DNA of 64,000 bases from Octopus bimaculoides (lineage: Eukaryota): NCBI RefSeq assembly GCF_001194135.2, contig NC_068990.1:88561313-88625312 (forward strand), read 5' to 3'. The notes beneath the pieces were generated by a model. The model was not told the DNA's origin. It worked only from the letters and a program-made list of their open reading frames with translations, and ran no database searches. The position numbers were made by a program, and so were the translations under genes. Numbering within the stretch: the first letter of the stretch is position 1; the number at the start of each line of letters is the position of its first letter. Positions 42,101 through 56,500 of this stretch are shown here, piece after piece.

Positions 42101-44862
42101 AACGGTATTAATTTGGTTGATGGATTAAGTTTGCCAAACAAGAGCAGTATATGAGGTAGTGTGTTCTCTCCAGCAGGTTTCTGCATAGTTCCCTTCCACC
42201 AAATTTCATTCAGAAGCTTTACTCATGAAACAGATTTTTGACCATGCATCCATAAGTCCAGACAATACCACATTTTTGTTAAGTAAACTTATTACTTTCA
42301 CAGCTCTACCTCAGCTAACCAGTTGCATACTGGGGTTGATCTAATCGACTGGCCCCCTCCCCAAAACTTTCGGGCCTTGTGCCTAAAGTAGAAAAGAATA
42401 CTTATTTACTTGATGATGAATGTGAGATTATTTTAGTTTTCCAAGACAAAACATTGCAAAATCAATGTAGGCATGGGTGACAGTTTTTTCCATCACTAGT
42501 CATACTAGTTAAAACATTTCACATTCTGAGTTCAAATCCCATCTAGATGTACTATACCTTTCATACTTCTCTAGTCAAGTAGAGAGTTTTGCTCATTTTA
42601 GTGTACCCTCACTGCAGAATGTGTTATCATGAATATTGGTAACATCAACAATGATTATAAATATTTGTTTTGGTGATGGATTGAAAGAATCATCAAAACA
42701 TCAGATGAAATGTGTTGTATTTGTTCTGGCTCTTTGACATTTGAGTTCAGATCTGGCTGATATCAACTTTGCTTTATCAGAGCCAATAAAATAAAATACC
42801 AATCAAGTATAGGGGCCAATTTAATCAATTAGCTCCTACCTCAAATTTTTGTCCATTTTTCTACATTAGAAATTATTGATGTTGATGTTGTTGTTTCCAT
42901 TTGTTTCAATCTTACTTTAATTCTAGCTACTAAGATCAATTTTGTAAAAGTAAAAGGTGCAATTCTGGATGTACCTGGAAAAACTTTGTGGAATAAGAAA
43001 AATGTATCAGCAGAAGCCTGTGCAGAAAAATGTATTTCTGACAATACTTGTTTATCATTTGAAATAACGAAGAAAAGTCAAAAATGTTATTTATCAAAGG
43101 AGACTGCAGCTTCTATCAAGAAAATGAAAACAGCCAAAGACAGAGATTACTACCAACAAGTAAAACGTAATTATTTTTTGTGTTTCTCTTTTCCTCATTT
43201 TCTGAAATTTGTGATTCCATTTGTGCTTCGTAGTTTATAGAAAACCATTTCTGAAAAGATATTGACAGATTTATCTATTGGGACAGACATAAACACATTC
43301 CTGAAATAAGAAATTTTAGGAACTATAATTACTGTTAGGGCATTCTCACACTACATTTGTTTAGACTGAACACTTTTATGTATTATATTTTCAATTGGTT
43401 CTTTTTTGTGTATAAGAAAGGAAACACTTGTCATTTTCTTTAAACATGAACAGTAGTTGTAGGTGGTGGTGTGGTTTCAAATTTTAGCACAAGGCTAGCA
43501 GATTTGAGGGAAGTTTTAGTTTAAACCACCATCCACAATTCTTCACTGCTATTATGTTGTATGGAAGGATGAAAGGCAGTTATCCCTGGCAAAGTTTGAA
43601 TTTGAAATGTTTGAGATATGTAGCAAGGTAGCATGGCATTTTCCTCATCATTTGTTATTCTCCTCCATAATATGATGTATAAAATAACAAAAAATGTAAT
43701 GCTAATCTATTTAGTTGTGTATTTCTGATATGTTTGCATCCTTTTTATGGTTGGATGCCCTTATCACCAACTGTTTTACCAAACTTCTGCCTTATTACTA
43801 GATGGTCAGGCTGGTTAAATTGCTTGGGGCTTACTTTGGTCCAGAGAAATGAGAAATGAGATGGTGATGAGCAATGTAACCAGTATCTCCCAGACATGAG
43901 AGAAAGCTAAGCCTGAAAGTTCGGGCAGAAGTGGTAAACTATTACATCAACTTCATCAATATCTTTTTAAATATTTGAAAACCATCTTTTTCATTATTTT
44001 CTAAAAGGATTATTTAATATGAAAATACAGTCCGTCCACAAAATTATTTTTCTGCCTGAGATATCCTTCTCAGAATTAATGTAAATTCTAGTACATCATG
44101 AGACACACATGGAACCTTGTCTCACTGTTTTAGGTTGTAGATAATACATTTGCACACCCCTCTTCTGATGGTGTGCTGTTTTTAAAGAATAAATTACCAA
44201 AAGGATACTTCACATGCTGGTTGACCATCTTTTGAACTATGTTCAGATTCTACAAAAAAGCACACCATTAGATAGGAAGGCACAAATGGATTACATGCAA
44301 CTTATTGAAAGAAGGTTTCAAATGAGCCTGAAGATGTTCTACATTCACATGAATTCTGACTAAATTGTCATTTTGTGGATCAATTATTTGTTTATAATGC
44401 AGGTATGTGCAACCCATACCTGCATGGATAATGATGACCATTTAAAACAAACTGAAAGATGAATTCTATATAATATTTAATATGCATGTGTGAATATAAA
44501 ATGTCTTTCTTGTTTTCTTTCATTTCTTCTTTATCTAGCCGATGATGATGTTTTTACATTTAAAAGAACTGCCATACCAGGGCATGATTCACCTGATCGG
44601 ATTAAAGGAATCAGTTTAAAGGAGTGTGATCGTGCTTGTCTTCAAATTCCAGGATGTAAATCTTATGAGTATCATGAACAAAAAAAATTCTGTAATCCAT
44701 CTAATGAGACTCACCTGACTTATGACCTTAAACCCAACAAAGATGGATGGGATATACATATCATGAACCCAGGTCAGTGGAGTGTAATTCATTTTATTTT
44801 ATGTGTGTCTGCATGCATGCATGTGTCTACATATACCCATATGTATTATATATATGTTTATA

Positions 44863-44927
<65 letters not shown>

Positions 44928-47900
44928 TATATACCTCAGTTGAAGGGAATACTGTAGCTCATAGTCAACAGCTTGTTAGAACACTCAAGGGCAAAAATAA
45001 TAGATCAATAAAATTCATTATTCAATATATCACATTCACTTCATTGTATATCAAAATTGATGGAGTAGTTTTGTTAAGATGACAAATGCTCCAAATTGAA
45101 TAGCTATGTAGATTGCCCAGTATGTGATGAATAAACTTTGGGAATAGTGAAAAATGAAGATATACACTCAAGTACAATGCATATTTGTGAAGCAGAAAAA
45201 TCCAAACAATAAGTGTAATCACATGATGAAATAATGATATAATACACTTCATCTTCAGGTATGACAACACTTAGATCAAACCAAATTCCACATTGAATAT
45301 TGATGCTTTGAAAACTCGTTGCCACTTTTATATACTTGTATTGGATATATAATATAATAAAGTAGTGGGGAAGAATGTATATACATGATGCACTCCTATT
45401 ACTATTACATGAGCTTCAATGCTCTATATCAAAGGCTCATAGTGAAGTGTTACCAACACAAACTGCCAATTGCTTGCCATTTTTCAATTTATAACAATGA
45501 GTGACTCCACCTTTAGTCACTTGGGGGTTGGTAGGAATTCTTCCACAACACATGTGTGTGAGCAAATTTCTTCAGTTTGATACTCACAATATGTTTTATT
45601 GTAACAGTTTCTTAATTTCCTCATTCTCACCCTCCTCCTAACATGCACACACCATTGATGTCAATTTTTGTTTTTTGTTTTCAATTCCAGCTTACAACAA
45701 AATAGACTGTGGACCACCAAGAGACATTGCTGGTGCATCAAAGTCCTACAATTCCACCAAATATAGATCTGAAGTGACCTACACATGTCCACGGGAAGAA
45801 AAACTAGTGTCGAAATGTGAAAAGGACAAAAAATGGACTGTGGTAGATTCTGGTTGTGAAGGTAAAGCAAATAGATTTTCTCTTGTTGATTCTGTCTGTG
45901 TAATTTTGATTTATCTTTGTGCTAAATGTCTTTTTGTCAGAATAGGAGTGGCTAAGTCTATGGCAATTATGGATGGTGGGAGGGGCTGAAATTCATTGCA
46001 TACTTTCAGTACAATATGGGGACAATGCTCTACCATACTGAAGTGGGTGTCAGTGGATTTAGATGTTTAAAAATGGCCAAACATGCATGTAGCATGAAGT
46101 GGGCACAGGATACCTATCAACCTCTTCCACTGACAAGAAGATTCAGAAAGCTCAAGAAATGGTCCTGGTGAATTGATGAGTGACCATCGATGGGGTGGCA
46201 TAAAATCAGAAAATTAGTTATCATTCTGCATATGAAATTATTGGGGTCCATGCAACAAATAATAAATTTGGGACTCATGATAGTATTGTAAGAGTTCTTG
46301 AAAAAATTTTGCTTCCAATATTTGTATTGGTACATATTACATGAAATAGCTCTGTTTGTTTCTCTAACATTTTACATAGTTCAACCTACACAAGTTAATA
46401 ATGTGTGTAAAACAAAATTGGAATTTTAAAAGTTTTCTATAAAACTAGTTATTAATCATTGAATGGCTATGGAGCGCCACTAGAATAAAATGATAATCAA
46501 AGGGGTTATAGATAAAAAATGGTTGAGAACCCCTGATTTAGATAGAAAGTATAAATCGATCAAGTCTCTTAAAGATGTTTCTAGAATAGCCAAGCATGTG
46601 GATCATGATATTGAGTAAGAATTCCATAAAAGGCATAGGTAGAAACTCTATAAGTGTATGTGGCAGATGTTCAGGAGCAATAAACATGGAAAATGGGGGG
46701 GTATAGTTTAGGACAATCAGTAAGTTGTCATAATAGGGCTCACAGTTTCAAATGCTGGAGCTAAGAGCTACGTTGCATTTTTATTGGCTATTATGACAAT
46801 AAACGCTATAAAAAACATCATTGAATACAAGGGAAGTTACTTTAATAGGTAGGGAAAAATCTAAATGATAAAAAATACATGCAACCATATTCTTACAATA
46901 CACTGACATTAAAACCTCCTCTGTGTGTGTGTATGGATATGTGTATGAATGTGTAAATGCACATATACGTTTGTGCGTGTATGGGCATGTACATATACAT
47001 ATTTGTGTGAGTGTGTACGTATGTAGACGTTATGAACACAGGAGGTTTTCATGTCTAGCAAAGATAATAGCTCTCTAGACTTTCTGTATCTGCTTTTTAA
47101 TCAAGCAACTATGCATTCAGAATATCCTCCTCTGCTGCTGATTAGGTCACCCATGTAACAGACACTGTCTACAACCTCCAGGGGGATTCCTGGAAAATCC
47201 AATTCCTGTGTGTCCTTAATTTTTACTGTTCCTGCACATCTGCCACATACAAAGACTACTTTCTCTGTTAACCTTACAGTAATTCCACTGCACCTCTCAT
47301 ATGTCCTTATGTTACACTGAGTACATCATATGGAATTCCTACCAACACTTTTCCTACTTACTTAACAGGGCACACACATAATATACATTCACCATTGATA
47401 TCAGTTTCTGTTTTCAATTTCAGCTTTTGAAGACATTGACTGTGGAAATCCAAAAGACATTGCTGGTGCAGAAAAGTCCTATGAAACCACCACCTATAAA
47501 TCTGAAGTGACCTATACTTGCCCAGAGGGAGAAAAACTAAAGTCAATATGTGAAAAGGACAACAAATGGTCTCCAATTGTGGAAACCTGTAATGGTAACA
47601 TAAGCAGCTTCTTNNNNNNNNNNNNNNNNNNNNNNNNNNNNNNNNNNNNNNNNNNNNNNNNNNNNNNNNNNNNNNNNNNNNNNNNNNNNNNNNNNNNNNN
47701 NNNNNNNNNNNNNNNNNNNNNNNNNNNNNNNNNNNNNNNNNNNNNNNNNNNNNNNNNNNNNNNNNNNNNNNNNNNNNNNNNNNNNNNNNNNNNNNNNNNN
47801 NNNNNNNNNNNNNNNNNNNNNNNNNNNNNNNNNNNNNNNNNNNNNNNNNNNNNNNNNNNNNNNNNNNNNNNNNNNNNNNNNNNNNNNNNNNNNNNNNNNN

Positions 47901-50497
47901 NNNNNNNNNNNNNNNNNNNNNNNNNNNNNNNNNNNNNNNNNNNNNNNNNNNNNNNNNNNNNNNNNNNNNNNNNNNNNNNNNNNNNNNNNNNNNNNNNNNN
48001 NNNNNNNNNNNNNNNNNNNNNNNNNNNNNNNNNNNNNNNNNNNNNNNNNNNNNNNNNNNNNNNNNNNNNNNNNNNNNNNNNNNNNNNNNNNNNNNNNNNN
48101 NNNNNNNNNNNNNNNNNNNNNNNNNNNNNNNNNNNNNNNNNNNNNNNNNNNNNNNNNNNNNNNNNNNNNNNNNNNNNNNNNNNNNNNNNNNNNNNNNNNN
48201 NNNNNNNNNNNNNNNNNNNNNNNNNNNNNNNNNNNNNNNNNNNNNNNNNNNNNNNNNNNNNNNNNNNNNNNNNNNNNNNNNNNNNNNNNNNNNNNNNNNN
48301 NNNNNNNNNNNNNNNNNNNNNNNNNNNNNNNNNNNNNNNNNNNNNNNNNNNNNNNNNNNNNNNNNNNNNNNNNNNNNNNNNNNNNNNNNNNNNNNNNNNN
48401 NNNNNNNNNNNNNNNNNNNNNNNNNNNNNNNNNNNNNNNNNNNNNNNNNNNNNNNNNNNNNNNTATTCATCCCCACAAAATTGAAAGGTAAATTTGACCT
48501 TGGTTTAATCTGAACTGATGGCCAAATGAGCCTGATTACTTATTGTAAAGCATTTCTTGTAATACTCTAATTAGTACACATCATCATCATCATCATTTAG
48601 TTTTCTATGCTGGCATGGGTTGGACAGTTTGATAGTGTCCAATGAACTGTCGAGCTGCATTAAACCCAGTGTCATCTTTGACATAGTTTCCATCACTGGA
48701 TTCCTTTCCTAACACTAACCACTTTACAGTATGTACTGGATCCCTTTCCTTGGTACTAGTGAGGTCACCAGTAACTTGCAAGACAAAATAAAGAAAGGGA
48801 AACAAAAAGACCCCTCAGCTGAGTGGGAGTGTATTTGAGAGAGTGGGAGGTATATTTGTACCATGTATTGAAGACAAAGGTATGATAGAGCAACAAGCAT
48901 AGGTGTCTTACTATAGAGGAGATACACAGCTACTCTATATTATGTGATGATGGGTAAGAGTAACTGGAAGATAGATAAAGTTGGTGGTGGAAGAGTACTA
49001 GATCTTGCTCTCAAGGTAAAAGACGATGAATATAAGGGAGAATGTAGATTGTAGATGGAGAAGGAAGAAAAGGATGGGTAATTTCATAAGGATGTTGGAA
49101 GAGATTGGGCTAGAATTGGTTGTCTTGAGTGAAGAAAGAAAATGAAGATTTGAATGCTGGTAAGTATCGATATGAAGAGATGGAAGTGACCGAGGAAGGA
49201 GGAGGTGACAAATTAGAGTAGCAATGTCATATATTTGTTAGTAGATGAGAAATTAGGGAGGTGATATGTCGGGTTTTATAGTGGAGGGAGGTTAGAGTAT
49301 GATGAAATGTGGAAGTTATGGGTGTTGATCAATTCCTACCTCAAAGTTTTGGCTTAATTTCTATGATGGAATATCATTTATTTTGTTGTAAGTGTTATTG
49401 TTTATTGGTTTCAATTTTGTTTTAATTCTAGATCCTCAGATCCATTTTGTGAAAGTAAAAGGTGCAGCTCTTACTGTAGCTGGCAAAATATTTTGGAATA
49501 AGGAAAATGTAACAGCAAAAGCCTGTGCAGAAAAGTGTTTGTCTGTCCCAAATTGTTTATCATTTGAAATAAATAATGAAAATGGAAAATGTTTCTTATC
49601 AAAGCAAGCTGCAAGTTCCTCCGAGAAAATAAAGAAAGTCAAAAGCAAAGATTACTACCAACGAGTAAAATGTAATTATTCTTAGTATTTTATTATTGAA
49701 ATTATCCTCTCCTCANNNNNNNNNNAAGTGTTTGTCTGTCCCAAATTGTTTATCATTTGAAATAAATAATGAAAATGGAAAATGTTTCTTATCAAAGCAA
49801 GCTGCAAGTTCCTCCGAGAAAATAAAGAAAGTCAAAAGCAAAGATTACTACCAACGAGTAAAATGTAATTATTCTTAGTATTTTATTATTGAAATTATCC
49901 TCTCCTCATCTTCTGAAATTTGTGATTGCATTTGAATTTCTTGGAATAATTATGGACAACTATTTCTGTAAAGACATTGATAGGTTCATCTACATATAAC
50001 ACTAAACATAGACATGTTCCTGTAAAACAAAAACAATATTAAGAACTATAAATACTCTTAAAACATTGTCATACAGCATTTGTTCACCTTGAACATTTCT
50101 ATGGATGTTTTCAGTTGTATTTTGTGTGTGTGTGTGTATGTGTGTGTGTTTGTATGAGTGGAGGTGTATAAAATAAATTTCTCGTTTTCTATTTTGTTTC
50201 AGTTGATGAAGGGCCTGTTATGATGAAGAAGGTTGGCATACCAAAGAAGGCTACTTTAGGACAGCTTAAGGATAAGACCTTAAAGGAGTGTAATAAGGCT
50301 TGTGAACAATATACAGGATGTAACTCTTATCAGTACAATGCTGAATCTAAGTTGTGTGATCTGAGTAATGTGACTCAGTTAACTGATGAACTTAAACCCA
50401 ACGATGGAGAATGGGATATATACTTAACAAACCCAGGTCAGTAGAGTGCTTCTATTTCATTTGTTGTGTGCATGCCTTTGTGTATTTACATATATAA

Positions 50498-50535
<38 letters not shown>

Positions 50536-53500
50536 ACATCTATCTATTTATGTGTCTATTTATTTATATACATAAGCATATATATACAGGTATGTTGGTC
50601 GAAGCAGGAAAAATAGAACTCAAAGTATGAGTATATGTATAGCTCTAGAGAAGATTAATGGAGTTCGTTCTTTACTTCAATTGTTTGATTATGACATTTA
50701 TTAATAAATGTGATTATTGTATTTGGGAACTATGATACTCCAAACTTATCAGGTAAGCTAACTGGAATAAAATATGTAAATATCCATCATTTTTATACCT
50801 TTCCTATAGTACTCTGTAACTACATACCAGTTTACTTGGAGACTAACTTTAGGATTTACAAATTGGACTGGTGACGTTCTGTTAAAGCATGGATTATCTG
50901 GATTTCTAAATCTATCATGGCTCAATTTTGTTTGTCTGGTTTCCTTTTCTTCACAGAGAGCTTACAAGATATTTCACCAGGCTCCTTAACCATTTCCTTT
51001 CATGTGATATATGTATGTCTGTATGTGTGTGCAGATGTCTTCAGTTTGTTATACAGTCAATATCTTTTATTCTAGATTTGTCCTTATCTCCTCATTCTCC
51101 CCCTCCTCCTCCTGCCATAGATTCACCGTTGATATCAGTTTCTCTTATCACTTCCAGTTGTTACAAAAGTTAACTGTGGACCTCCAAAGGATGTTGTTGG
51201 TGCAAAGAAGTCCTACACTGACACCACCTATAAATCTGAAGTGACCTACACATGTCCAGGAGGACAACAGTTGAAGTCAAAGTGTAAAGATGACAATAAA
51301 TGGACTCCAGTTGCATCCAATTGTAAAGGTAATGTAAATAGGTTCTCTTTTGCTGTCTCTTTCTAGGTTTTTTTATTAAATATCTTTGTCAGAGAAAGAA
51401 TGACTGTATCCACGACAATTTCCATGGTATTTGTGGCTGATTAAAGAGAGAGAGAAACCTATCCTCAGAGAAGATAACTTCCTAAATCTATGCAATACAG
51501 AGAGCATAATTAAAGCTATCCAAGGTTCAGACAATGGTATTATCTTGGATAATGGATTAAATCTGCCAAACGAGAGCAGCAAGTGAGGAAGTGTGTTGTC
51601 TCCAGCAGGCTTCAGCATATTTTGTATCTAACATATTCCATTCAAAATACTTCATCACGAAGCAGATTTTTAATTATGGAGCCATAAGTCCTCACAATAC
51701 CACATTCTTGTTAAGTAAAATCTACAGCTCTACCTCAGCTAATCTTGGAAGTTTTTCTCTTAATTTCTAACTTCAGCTTTATTTCCCACACTTTGTTTCA
51801 TCCTCCAAAACTCAGTACACTACAATGCACTGATTTTTCTTTACTAGAAAAACTTCTGATGCTCTAATGGTCTTCCATTCCACCATCCTAAATCATTATG
51901 AGACAAATAATAATAGTGCTTTTAGATGGAAAAAGAGGCAACACTTTTCAATAGAAAGATGTTAGTAGCATTACCTCCAATACTTGGTTGCTATTTTGTG
52001 TTGTTGACCCACCCCTGGCAAGAATGAAACATAACTTTTGAGTTCAAATCCTGCTAATATCAACTCTGCCTTTTCAGGCCCATTAAAATTTTTAAGAAAC
52101 CAGTCTAATGTAGGAATCAATTTAATTGATTAACTTCTACCTCAAATTTTTGTCTTTTTTCTACATCATTGTTGTTTTTGGTGTTTACATTTGTCTCAAT
52201 CTTCCTTTAATTCCAGTTTCTAAGATCCATTTTGTGAAAGTAAAAGGTGCAATTCTGGATGTACCTGGAAAAATTTTGGAGAGTAATAAAAGTGTAACAG
52301 CAGATGTTTGTGCAGAAAGATGTTTATCTTACAAAAATTGTTTATCATTTGAAATGAAGAGAAAAAGTGGAAAATGTTATTTATCAAAGGAAACTGCAGC
52401 TTCCTCCAAGAAAATAAAAGCAGCCAAAACCAAAGATTACTACCAACGAGTAAATGGTAATTATTCTTTCTGTTTCTATTTCCTATAAGGAGATGTACTT
52501 GCACAGCAAGTGACCTGATCTTAGATCATGTGCTGAAACAAAAACAATTGCAGCATGGAAGGTGTTTATAAGCCATTTAAAGCCACACAAAAGCCGTTAA
52601 ATTTAAATTTAATTTGCCAAAATATTTTTGTCACTGTGAGACCGCGACCTGTTCACTGACAAAATTCTGTGCTGTATCTATTTTGGAAAATTAAATTTAA
52701 ATGTTGAAGTGAATCTAACGGCTTTTGTGTGTTTCTAAATGACTTATAACACCTCCCATGCTGCAATCGTTCTATTTTCTAGTTTTACTGAAATTTGTGA
52801 TTCCATTTCTATGTCATAATATAGTCTGTTCCAATAGAACATCCTCTTTTAAGTGGGGTTAGATATTATTTCTTAATATATATATAGAGAGAGAGAGAAC
52901 TGTTTCTGTAAAGACATTGGCAAGTTTATTCATAACCACAGGCATAAACACATTCCTGAAATAAGCAATTTTAGGAACTGTAAATACTGTTAAAGCATTC
53001 TCATACAACATTTGTTCATAAGTAACACTTTTCTGTATGTCTTCAGTTGCTTCTTTTTTGTGTGCGTGTGTAAGAAAAGAAATTCTTGTTATTTTCTTTT
53101 AATGCTGAATGCTAGTAGTAGTAGTATTAATAGTAGTAGTAGCAGCAGCAGCAGGAATTTCAAAGTTTGTTATGACGGTGTTAGTTTATATCACCAGCCT
53201 CAGTTCTTTACTGGTATTATATTGTAACTACACCAGAAGGATGAAAAGCAGTATTTCCCAATAGAGTTTGAACTTGGATTGTAAAGAGTTTGAACATGAA
53301 AAGTAAATGGCTTTTGCACAGTATTTCATTATTTGTTGCTCCCTTCTGATATGCAGACTAACAGGATCAAATAATATTATTTCTCAGACACACACACAAG
53401 TATCACAAGCTTTTGAATGTGCATAGTGTTAGAGTTTGTTACTCTTCCAGCATTGTATGTTACAACAGGATGTGCATACACATATCCAGCTTTTATTTGA

Positions 53501-56500
53501 GACACCTACTTGTAACTGTTTAAATCCATCCACCTCTCTGCTGAGAGAATTCTACATAAAACCATGGTATATAGAGCAAGCTTCACTCCAACTGACGGTT
53601 TCCCTGTGAATTTCATGAGGCTTACAGCCAGTAACTTCATGGAAAGTTTCACTCAGCTTATATACTCTTTTAAGTTCATGTACAGGGAAAAGTCCACCTC
53701 AGTGTACTGTTTCATTTGGATTCTACCCAGCATAATCTGAAGCTTACTCACCAAATCCTAATCTTTTTCTACCAGAACATTTAATTGCAGTCTTTGTCTT
53801 TCTAATCCATAGAAGATGAAAAACACATACACAATGTGTACGTATACAATGAATATGTGTGTGTATAGATCTATATATTGTATATGTGTGTGTATAGATC
53901 TATATATTGAATATGTGTGTATAGATCTATATATTGTATGATTGCGTATGCATATATTTATAGCTTTGTATATTTTTTTGTGTATACATGTATATATTGC
54001 TTTTGAGACATTCCAATAAGTTAAAACCTTGTTCTTCAACAAAAAATTTCAAATCAAACATACCTACTTCTCAGCCTACATACATGTAAATGTGCATATA
54101 TACATGCATACTTTCATATGTTTACGTATGTATTAATGTGTGTATTTAAAAAAACTATGTAAAGCCAAATTGATTCACTGTTGCATGAGTGGATCCTTTA
54201 GCCAAAAATGAAACCACCAAGTTGGCAGAAAACTCTTGGCACTTTGCTTGCCTAAATGTTATGTACAATTTGTACATAAGGTGTCAGAACCAATCATTGT
54301 AAGTCCAATTTCTTAGGTGACTAGTGAACAACCAGCTGGGAAGAAGGGGGTGTGGGCTTGTGCCAAACAACTTTTGATAAACACAATTGAGCTTTCCAAA
54401 GTATGAAAACACAGTGGAATCCTTGTGGTTATATGGCTAAATTACAATATAAGTATATATATATTAATAGTGTGTTTTTTTTTATGTTCAGTTATAATAA
54501 TAACAATTTTACATTAATCTGAAGGGTTACTCTATACATTTGTATAGTACAAAATTATCATTCGTATGCAATAATGTTGTTGACAGTGACTTTGAAGTTT
54601 TGGCCAGCTAAGCAGTCTAACAATGCTTTAGAAGGCCAAAACTTCAAAGTTACTGTCAACAACATTCTTATATAAGAATAATATATGTGTTTGTGTATTT
54701 GTCTCTTTGTTTACATCCCAGTAACATAGCAATTTGGCAAAATTAACAAATAAAATAAATATGTCCAGATTCCAAATTCTGCCAAGGTCAGCTTTGCCTT
54801 TTGTCCTTTTGAGGTTGAGCATTGGGGCTGATGCACTTGACTGGCCCTCTCCTCAAAATTTCAGGTTTTGTGCATATTGTAGAAAGGATTTGTGGCAAGT
54901 AAATGAAATCCTCATTATTATTATGATTAAGGCAGTGAGCTGGCAGAATCACTGGCACACTGGGCAAAATGGTTTGCGGCATTTTGTCTGTCTTTACCTT
55001 CTAAGTTCAAATTCTGCCACAGTCAACTTCGCCTTTCATCCTTTCAGGATCGATAAAATAAGTACCAGTGAAACTCTAGGGTCAATATAATCGACTATTC
55101 TCTTTCCCCAAAATTTCAGGCCTTATGCCTAAAATAGAAAGGATTATTAATATATGTTTGGGTTTTGCTTTGTATTTGTACAAGCTGACTTTATGTCTTG
55201 CCCAGACACTTTAAGACACAACAGGTTAGAAGTTCAAGTTGGTGTTATAACTAGAATGCCATATTTTTAGGTTCTGCACAGAGTATTGTTCTAGAGAATG
55301 TTTAAGAAAACAAAAGGAAATTATGAGTTTGTTTTAAAATTTGAGGTTACATAGACAGTATTTTATGTAGGATATGGACAGTTCCCATGAGTACTATCTT
55401 TTGAATTTCTGCCATTTTGGGGTTTCTTGGTATCTGAGCTGGGTAGCAATCAGCCCCTTTTAATATCATTCATAGGGCACCTATGACAGCAGGTATTGTT
55501 TTAGTCTTGAGGTTCCACATTTTGCCAATTTCTATTTCAAGATCTTTGTACTTGCTCAGTTTTTGGTAGGTCTTGATAGATACATTTATGTCGATTGGGA
55601 CAGTCATATCAATGAGGAGGCTTTCTCCATTATGATATAGATACTACTACTATTATGTTCTGTGTTAAAATATTATATAACTATATAGAAATACCACGTA
55701 ATCAGAATTTTAAAGAAAATATTCCAAAGCCATCTCATTCATTATTTTTATACAATTTTTTATCAAAGGCACACTCAGTCCACAAGAATATCTTTTTGCA
55801 TAGTCACGCTTCTCAGAATTCATGTGCATTCTATTTTATCATAAGATGATTTTGGAAGCTCACCTCATAAGTTACATGTAAATTCCTCTTCTGCTGGTGT
55901 GCTTTTCTTTAAGATTAAATGGTTTTAACAACACTTGACACATTGGCTAAACATTTGTTGATCAGCACTTAGACAATACTAAATTAATCCATTAGAAAAA
56001 GTATATACAAATGATACACAATTTAAATTTTGAAGGAAGACTTCAAATGAGTCTTAAGATGTGCTAAAACTCACATGAATTCCAAGTTGTCATTTTGCAG
56101 ATCAATTATTTGTTTATAATAAATTGTCCATTTAAAACAAATTATGCACCAAATGCTGTATAATATTTAATGTGATTGGGAGTATAAAATGTATTTCTTG
56201 TTTTCTTTCTTTTCTTTTCTAGCTGATGATGATATTTTAAAATTTAAAAGAACTTCAATACCAGGAGAAGATATATTTAAACAGCTGAAAAATGTGACCT
56301 TAAAGGAATGTGACCATGCTTGTCATCAAACTCCAGGATGTAACTCTTATGAGTATAAGGAAAAGCGAAAGCTCTGTGATCGAAGTAATGCGACTCACTT
56401 GACTCATGATCTTGAACCCAACAAAAAGGGTTGGGATACTTATGTCATTAATCCAGGTTAGTAGAATGTTTCCATTTTATTTGATTTTATTATGCACATG

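Larger units (their letters stand above)
20837..44538 (+). repeat. Higher-order segmental repeat unit 2 (13 exons, ~23.7 kb)
   Basis: Same exon order and subtype signatures as unit 1. Confidence 0.88.

Noticed and set aside
49726-49864. Extra partial Aa exon
   Set aside because: Exact 183-bp duplicate across a 10-N gap with no acceptor; an unmerged contig overlap.
54960-55030. tRNA gene
   Set aside because: The B-box-like gttcaaat belongs to a tRNA-derived SINE head; no cloverleaf can be built.
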